Origin: a bacterium
GTDB taxonomy: Bacteria > Actinomycetota > Acidimicrobiia > Acidimicrobiales > Bin134
Direction: 5' to 3'
Assembly: GCA_026705465.1 (NCBI GenBank)
Contig: JAPPAP010000013.1
Location: 7,172-71,171 of the forward strand
DNA length: 64,000 bases
This document shows, one piece after another, positions 58,026 to 64,000 of the stretch (the stretch's first letter is position 1; each line of letters starts with the position of its first letter). Both the position numbers and the translations under genes were made by a program. The notes under the pieces were generated by a model that saw only the letters and a program-made list of their open reading frames with translations, had not been told where the DNA came from and searched no databases.

Positions 58026-59015
58026 ATGTTCAGGGCCCTACTCCTCAACCAAGACGAAGACGGCAATCGCTCCCACGAGATCACCGAGCTCGACGACACC
58101 GAACTCCCCGACCGGCCGGTGATTGTGGACGTGGACTACTCCACTCTCAACTACAAGGACGGCCTAGCCGTCGTGAACGGCGCCCCTATCGTGCGCAACT
58201 GGCCCATGGTTCCCGGAATCGACCTGGCTGGCACGGTGGCCAGCAGCGACGACCCGGCGTGGTCGCCGGGAGACGGGGTGATCGTCAACGGCTGGGACGT
58301 GGGCGAGTCGTACTGGGGGGGCATGGCTACCAAGGCAGCCATGGACGGTGGCTGGCTCACTCCCCTGCCCGACGCCTACACCACCCACCAGGCCATGGCA
58401 GTGGGTACTGCCGGCTACACCGCCATGCTCTGCGTGCTGGCCTTGGAAGAGCACGACATCACCCCCGACTCCGGCCCGGTGATCGTCACCGGCGCGGCCG
58501 GTGGGGTGGGCAGCGTGGCCGTCGCGGTGCTGGCCAAGCTGGGCTACGAGGTGGTGGCCTCCAGTGGCCGAATCGACACCGAGGGCGACTACCTGCGCGA
58601 GTTGGGCGCAAACGAGCTCATCCACCGCGACGAACTCTCCGGTCCGGCCCGCCCCTTGGGCAAGACCCGATTCGCCGGAGGCATCGACACAGTGGGCAGT
58701 CACACCCTGGCCAACATCGTGTCCCAGACCCAGCCCCACGGATGCGTGGCCGCCTGCGGCCTGGCCCAAGGCATGGACTTTCCCAGCTCGGTGGCCCCAT
58801 TCATCCTCCGGGCCGTCACCCTGGCCGGTGTGAACTGCGTCTATGAGCCCGCCGAGCGCCGAGCCCAAGCCTGGAATCGGCTGGCGCAGGACCTTGACAC
58901 CGCCAAGCTCGACACCATGACCGACACCATCGGCCTGTCCGATGTCCCCGCCGCTGCGGCCGCCATCCTCGCGGGCGAAATCCGCGGCCGGGTGGTCATC
59001 AATGTGAACAGCTAA
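58026..59015 (+). CDS. Acryloyl-CoA reductase AcuI/YhdH family
   Basis: STLNYKDG, VPGIDLAG, GTAGYTAML, GAAGGVG, PFILR. Confidence 0.88.
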   Translation: MFRALLLNQDEDGNRSHEITELDDTELPDRPVIVDVDYSTLNYKDGLAVVNGAPIVRNWPMVPGIDLAGTVASSDDPAWSPGDGVIVNGWDVGESYWGGMATKAAMDGGWLTPLPDAYTTHQAMAVGTAGYTAMLCVLALEEHDITPDSGPVIVTGAAGGVGSVAVAVLAKLGYEVVASSGRIDTEGDYLRELGANELIHRDELSGPARPLGKTRFAGGIDTVGSHTLANIVSQTQPHGCVAACGLAQGMDFPSSVAPFILRAVTLAGVNCVYEPAERRAQAWNRLAQDLDTAKLDTMTDTIGLSDVPAAAAAILAGEIRGRVVINVNS

Positions 59016-59040
59016 ATTTCTGAGTCAACGGAGGAGACTG

Positions 59041-60330
59041 ATGGAACATCACATCGTCATCAGCGCCGACACGCATTGCGGAGCCGATCTGAGGGACTAC
59101 CGGCCCTATCTGGAGTCGCGCTACCACGACGAATTCGACGAGTGGGCCGGCTTCATGGACGAAAACAACGAGCGGCGCAAAGCCATGTTCGCCGACATGG
59201 AGCGCTCGCCCATGGAGGTGGGGGTGGACGGTGATCCCGAGGTGTGGGGCCACCGCAATTGGTCATCATCTGATCGTTTGGCCGAACAGGAAGCCGACGG
59301 ATTCATCGCCGAAGTGCTGTTCCCCAATACCCAGCCCCCGTTCGCCCCGCCCGCCGCTACTGCCTTCGAAGCGCCCCCCTACTCGGACAACTTCGAGCAC
59401 CGCTGGGCCGGGTTGCGAGCCCACAACCGGTGGGTGGCCGACTTCGTGAGCCAGGCTCCCGAGCGCCGGGCCGGAATCGCCCAGGTGTTCTTGGGCGACG
59501 TGGAGGGATCAGTCAAGGAGATCGAGTGGGCCGCAGAGAATGGGTTGAAGGGCGGCGTGCTGATCCCCGGCGCTCCCCCCGACTCGCCGTTCGAGCCGCT
59601 GTATTCCAAGTCCTACGAGCCCATCTGGGCCGCCACCGCGGCTGCTGGACTGCCGCTGAACCATCACGCCGGTGGAGGGTCGCCCAACTACGGCAACCAC
59701 TTTCCCTCGTCGCTGGCCATGTTCGTGCTGGAGGCCACCTGGTGGACCCAGCGGGCGCTTTGGCATCTCATGTTCTCAGGCGTGTTCGAGCGCTATCCCA
59801 CCCTCAAGTATGTGACTACCGAGACCGGCACTGCTTGGGTGCCCGACACACTGGAGAAGTTGGAGAGCTTCTTCCACCGGATGCGGTACTCGAAGTACGG
59901 CTCCGAGACCGTGTTCGGGAGCCAGGCTGTGGCCGAGATGTCGCTCACCCCCAGCGAATACTTTGCCCGCCAGTGCTATATCGGCGCGTCCTTTCTGCGG
60001 CCGTCGGAGGTGCTGCTCACCCGCACGGTGGGCACCGACCGGGTCATGTGGGGCTCCGACTACCCCCATATCGAGGGGTCGCACCCCCACACCCGCCAAC
60101 ACCTGCGGCTCACCTTCGCCAACCTCACCGAGGACGAGACCACCAAAATCCTCACCACCAATGCTGCTGAGGTGTACGGGTTTGACTTGGAGGCGCTGGC
60201 CCCACTGGCCGAGCAGTTCTGCCCCACCAAGGCCGAGGTGGCCACCCCGATTGACTACGCCGACATCCCCGAGCGGGCCAAGGGCTGCCCGGGCATGAAC
60301 CCACTCAACCAAATTCAACCCGCAGCCTGA
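59041..60330 (+). CDS. Amidohydrolase_2 family protein
   Basis: ISADTH, GVFERYP, MWGSDYPH; GGAGGAG RBS. Confidence 0.9.
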   Translation: MEHHIVISADTHCGADLRDYRPYLESRYHDEFDEWAGFMDENNERRKAMFADMERSPMEVGVDGDPEVWGHRNWSSSDRLAEQEADGFIAEVLFPNTQPPFAPPAATAFEAPPYSDNFEHRWAGLRAHNRWVADFVSQAPERRAGIAQVFLGDVEGSVKEIEWAAENGLKGGVLIPGAPPDSPFEPLYSKSYEPIWAATAAAGLPLNHHAGGGSPNYGNHFPSSLAMFVLEATWWTQRALWHLMFSGVFERYPTLKYVTTETGTAWVPDTLEKLESFFHRMRYSKYGSETVFGSQAVAEMSLTPSEYFARQCYIGASFLRPSEVLLTRTVGTDRVMWGSDYPHIEGSHPHTRQHLRLTFANLTEDETTKILTTNAAEVYGFDLEALAPLAEQFCPTKAEVATPIDYADIPERAKGCPGMNPLNQIQPAA

Positions 60331-60355
60331 GCGGGAGCTCGATCCAGGGGCATCT

Positions 60356-61888
60356 GTGTCGTCGATCTTTCCGCCCCTGGACTATCCCCAGGGCGTGAGC
60401 ATGCAGAGCTTGCTGGAGTCGGCCGCCGACCGGTTAGGCGACCGGGTGGCCATCCGGTTCGAGAATCGAACGCTGACCTACCGGGAATTCGATCACCAGG
60501 CCAATGGGTTTGCCCGCTTGCTGGCCAACCAGGGCATCGCGGCCGGTCACCGGGTGGCAGTGATGGCCTCAAATCGGCCTGAGTTCTTTACCGCCGTCTT
60601 CGGGATCCTCAAGCTGGGGGCATCGGCGGTGATGATCAGCTCAGCGTGGAAACAAGCCGAAGCCGCCCACGCTGCGGACCTCACCGAGCCGGTGCTGGCT
60701 GTGACCGACGGCGACACCCACCTTCACCTCCCCAGCCATCTGAGCGAACGGGTGATCCACCTGGACGACGATCCGGCAGTTGCGGCCTTGGTTGACAACC
60801 CGGCTGATCCGGTTGCCGTCAACCTCGAATGGGATCAGACCGAAGCAGTGCTGGTGTTCAGCTCGGGCACCACCGGAATGCCCAAGGCGGTGCGCCACAC
60901 CCACGCCAGCATGGGCGCCGCCGTCATCTTGTGGGAATCGGTTCTGGGACTGTCTGCCGACGACCGTTTCCAGATCGCCACCCCGCCATTCCACATTCTC
61001 GGACTGCTCAACCTGTTCGCCTCGGTGCGGGCCGGCTCATCGGTGCGGCTTCACCCCCGGTTCGATCTCGAAGCGGTGCTGGCCGCCATCGAAACCGACC
61101 GCATCACCCTGGAGATGGCGGTGGCCCCCATCGCTTTGGCCATGGCCAATCACCCTCGCTTGGAGGAGTACGACCTGTCATCGCTGCGCTACATCATGTG
61201 GGGGGCCACGCCGGTTACGCCTAGCGTGGCCCAGCGGGTAACCGAGCGCACCGGCGTGGGCTTCTTGCCCGCCTACGGGGCCAGTGAAACCCCCGTCATC
61301 ACCAGCAATCCGGTACACCATCCCGAGTTGTGGCGTTTGGACTCTCCTGGTCTGCCCATCCACGACGTCTGCGTCCGCATTACCGACTTGGAGACCGGAG
61401 CGTTGCTGCCCCCCGGCGAAGTAGGCGAGATCCAGGCTCAGAGTCCGGCCATGATGGCCGGTTACCTGCCTGAGGAGGCCAACGCCGACGCATTCGTCGA
61501 CGGGTGGTACCGCACCGGCGACGTGGGCTGGATGGAGCCTGACGGATGGCTGCACATCACCGACCGAGTCAAGGAGATGATCAAAGTCAAGGGCTTTCAG
61601 GTGGCCCCCGCGGAGGTCGAGGCCGTGCTGTTGGGCCATCCTGATGTGGCGGACTGCGCGGTGTTCGGGGTACCCGATCCCGAGTCTGGCGAGGCGGTGG
61701 TGGCTGCGGTGCAGCCCCTGCCGGGCCGCGACGCCTCTGCTGACGAGATGAAGGCCCTGGTGGCCGATGCCCTCGCCAGCTACAAGTGCCTCCATACCGT
61801 GCACTTCGTGGATACCATCCCCCGCCTGCCCTCGGGCAAGACCCTGCGGCGGGAGTTGAAGCTCCAGTTTGAGCAGACACCCGACTAA
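60356..61888 (+). CDS. AMP-dependent acyl-CoA ligase
   Basis: FSSGTTGMPK, YGASE, RTGD, DRVKEMIK, SGK. Confidence 0.9.
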   Translation: MSSIFPPLDYPQGVSMQSLLESAADRLGDRVAIRFENRTLTYREFDHQANGFARLLANQGIAAGHRVAVMASNRPEFFTAVFGILKLGASAVMISSAWKQAEAAHAADLTEPVLAVTDGDTHLHLPSHLSERVIHLDDDPAVAALVDNPADPVAVNLEWDQTEAVLVFSSGTTGMPKAVRHTHASMGAAVILWESVLGLSADDRFQIATPPFHILGLLNLFASVRAGSSVRLHPRFDLEAVLAAIETDRITLEMAVAPIALAMANHPRLEEYDLSSLRYIMWGATPVTPSVAQRVTERTGVGFLPAYGASETPVITSNPVHHPELWRLDSPGLPIHDVCVRITDLETGALLPPGEVGEIQAQSPAMMAGYLPEEANADAFVDGWYRTGDVGWMEPDGWLHITDRVKEMIKVKGFQVAPAEVEAVLLGHPDVADCAVFGVPDPESGEAVVAAVQPLPGRDASADEMKALVADALASYKCLHTVHFVDTIPRLPSGKTLRRELKLQFEQTPD

Positions 61889-63450
61889 TGGACTCGGAGA
61901 TGCTGCACCCCCGGAGGCACGCAGCCCAAACCCCTGATCATCCTGCGGTGATCATGGGCCGGACCGGGGAGGTGATCTCCTACCGGGAGCTGGACGAGGA
62001 GGCCAACCGGCTGGCCCATCTGCTTCGGGCTCGAGGCCTCGAGGCCGGTGACCATCTGGCCATCGTGTCGGAGACCACCCCTGAGTCGTTGCCGGTGATC
62101 TGGGCGGCACAGTTGGCCGGACTGATCTACACCCCGATCAACTACCACCTCACGGCCGACGAGCTTCAGGCAGTGCTGGACGACTGCGGGGCCGCTGCGG
62201 TAGTGGCATCGGCCCGAACCGCCCCGGTGGTGGCCGATCTCGACCTGTCCCGGGTGCCCGTGAGGCTGACCACCGGCACCGACACCGCAGTCGGATTCGA
62301 ATCGTTGGCCGACGCCGCCGCCGGCCTGCCCACCACGCCGATCGCCGACGAGGGCGAGGGCCGGGAGATGGTGTACTCCGGGGGCACCACCGGTCGGCCC
62401 AAGGGCATTCGCAAGCCCACGGCCCACACCGCCATCGGTGATCCCGCCAATCCCGCGGTGCAAGTGGCGCTGGGCATGGCCAACTATGGCGTCGACCACA
62501 CCAGCGTGTACCTGTCGCCCGCGCCCCTCTACCACTCGGCCCCCCTGGTGTTCTGCATGTGCGTACACCGGGTGGGAGGCACCGTGGTGCTCGTGGAGCG
62601 GTTCGATCCGGCCGAATGCCTCCGCTTCATCGGCCAGTACCGAGTGACCCACGCCCAGTTCGTGCCCACCATGTTCTCCCGAATGCTGAAGCTGCCCGTC
62701 AATGTCCGAGAGGCCGCCGACCTGTCCAGCCTGCAACTGGCCATCCACGCCGCCGCCCCCTGCCCGGTGGAGGTCAAGCGCCAGATGATCGAATGGTGGG
62801 GCCCGATCCTGTTCGAGTACTACGCCGGCACCGAGGACATCGGCCACAGCGCGATCTCCTCGGAAGAGTGGTTGGCCCACCCCGGCTCGGTGGGACGACC
62901 GCTTCAGCCGGTGCACATCGTCGGCCCCGACGGCAACGAGGTGCCCCCGGGCGAGATCGGGGTGGTGTACTTCGACGGCGGGCGCCAGTTCCAGTACCAC
63001 AACGATCCCGAGCGCACCGCGGCCGCCGCCCACCCCAACGGCTGGCGGACCCTGGGCGACATCGGGCGGCTCGACGAGGACGGGTATCTGTACCTCACCG
63101 ACCGGGTGGCCCACACCATCATCAGCGGCGGGGTCAACATCTACCCCCAAGAGATCGAGGACGCGCTGATCATGCATCCCGATGTGGCCGACGTGGCTGT
63201 TGTCGGTGTGCCCAACGAAGACCTGGGCGAAGAGGTGCGGGCGGTGGTCCAGTTGGTCGACCCCACCCTGGAGAGTGATGGCACCGAAGCCGCGCTGCTG
63301 TCGTGGTGTGGAGAGCGGCTGGCCGCCTTCAAGTGTCCTCGGGCCGTGGACTTCGACCCGTCATTGCCCCGCGATCCCAACGGCAAGCTGATGAAGCGCT
63401 ACCTGCGGGATCGCTACTGGCCTACCGACTCCGACTCCCGCATCGTTTAG
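61888..63450 (+). CDS. Acyl-CoA synthetase (FadD4-like)
   Basis: YSGGTTGRPKG, HAAAPCP, YYAGTE, TLGD, NGKL. Confidence 0.9.
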   Translation: MDSEMLHPRRHAAQTPDHPAVIMGRTGEVISYRELDEEANRLAHLLRARGLEAGDHLAIVSETTPESLPVIWAAQLAGLIYTPINYHLTADELQAVLDDCGAAAVVASARTAPVVADLDLSRVPVRLTTGTDTAVGFESLADAAAGLPTTPIADEGEGREMVYSGGTTGRPKGIRKPTAHTAIGDPANPAVQVALGMANYGVDHTSVYLSPAPLYHSAPLVFCMCVHRVGGTVVLVERFDPAECLRFIGQYRVTHAQFVPTMFSRMLKLPVNVREAADLSSLQLAIHAAAPCPVEVKRQMIEWWGPILFEYYAGTEDIGHSAISSEEWLAHPGSVGRPLQPVHIVGPDGNEVPPGEIGVVYFDGGRQFQYHNDPERTAAAAHPNGWRTLGDIGRLDEDGYLYLTDRVAHTIISGGVNIYPQEIEDALIMHPDVADVAVVGVPNEDLGEEVRAVVQLVDPTLESDGTEAALLSWCGERLAAFKCPRAVDFDPSLPRDPNGKLMKRYLRDRYWPTDSDSRIV

Positions 63451-63484
63451 ATTCGCGGTCCGGCGGCTACTCACAGGAGGAACC

Positions 63485-64000
63485 ATGAGCAGCGACACCC
63501 CATCTGAGCGTCTCGACGTCAACGGCATGGTGGCAGTGGTCACCGGCGGAGCCGGCGGCATCGGCAAGGGCATCGTGACTGCGCTGTTGCAGCGGGGGGC
63601 CACGGTGGTGATCGCCGACATCGAGGGCGACACCACCGAGAACACCGTGGCCGAGCTGTCGGAGCTGGGTCCGGTGTCGGGTTGGCCCACCGATGTGGCC
63701 GACGAGGGCTCGGTGGCCGCCCTGGCCGACCATGTCTATGAGGCCCACGGCCGTTGCAATCTGCTCTTCAACAACGCCGGGGTCACCTCCGGCGGGGGCG
63801 GCAAGCCCTGGGAGCAAGAGCCCAACGACTGGCGGTGGTGTTTCAGCGTCAACGTGTTCGGTGTGGCCATCTGCACCACCGAGTTCGTGCCCCGCATGCT
63901 GGCCGGCGGCGAACCCGGGCAGATCATCAATACCTCTTCGGGTGATGGCGGATTCGCTCCCGTGCCCACCGCCTCGGTCTACGCCGCCTCCAAGGCTGCG
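63485..64000 (+). CDS. Short-chain dehydrogenase/reductase (3'-truncated by window edge)
   Basis: TGGAGGIG, FNNAG, INTSS, YAASK; AGGAGG RBS. Confidence 0.88.
   Translation, partial: MSSDTPSERLDVNGMVAVVTGGAGGIGKGIVTALLQRGATVVIADIEGDTTENTVAELSELGPVSGWPTDVADEGSVAALADHVYEAHGRCNLLFNNAGVTSGGGGKPWEQEPNDWRWCFSVNVFGVAICTTEFVPRMLAGGEPGQIINTSSGDGGFAPVPTASVYAASKAA

Overview
High-GC, gene-dense chromosomal window of an actinobacterium. Acidimicrobiia-like affinity is inferred from the Rpf domain, MDMPI, ChsH/Ltp2, many acyl-CoA enzymes and pervasive leaderless TANNNT promoters. It holds about 60 CDS. Core content: dxs, nfuA, an ABC exporter, a GT-C pair plus an Rpf lysin, ferrochelatase, a DNA-metabolism block (parC-parE-like genes in A-before-B order, a Cas4/RecB-like Fe-S nuclease, an AddAB-like helicase-nuclease, mutM), steroid and acyl-CoA catabolism, map and an acuI-like gene. 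Highlights: (1) selD extends through an in-frame UGA (Sec17) that the ORF track truncates. (2) A rearranged hotspot at 16.2-20.0 kb behind a SnoaL gene carries diverged partial copies of that gene and of PIN toxins, a 19-bp inverted repeat, an AAA-DUF4143 ATPase with 23-bp periodic upstream repeats, and two intact VapBC-type pairs. (3) A five-gene operon joins a solute-binding lipoprotein and a TorS-like kinase to a REC-PP2C/STAS/anti-sigma partner switch, with no sigma factor in the window. (4) A single-chain ChsH2-DUF35-ChsH1 fusion. No rRNA, tRNA, CRISPR array or transposase was recognised. All calls come from motif reading by eye; no searches were run.
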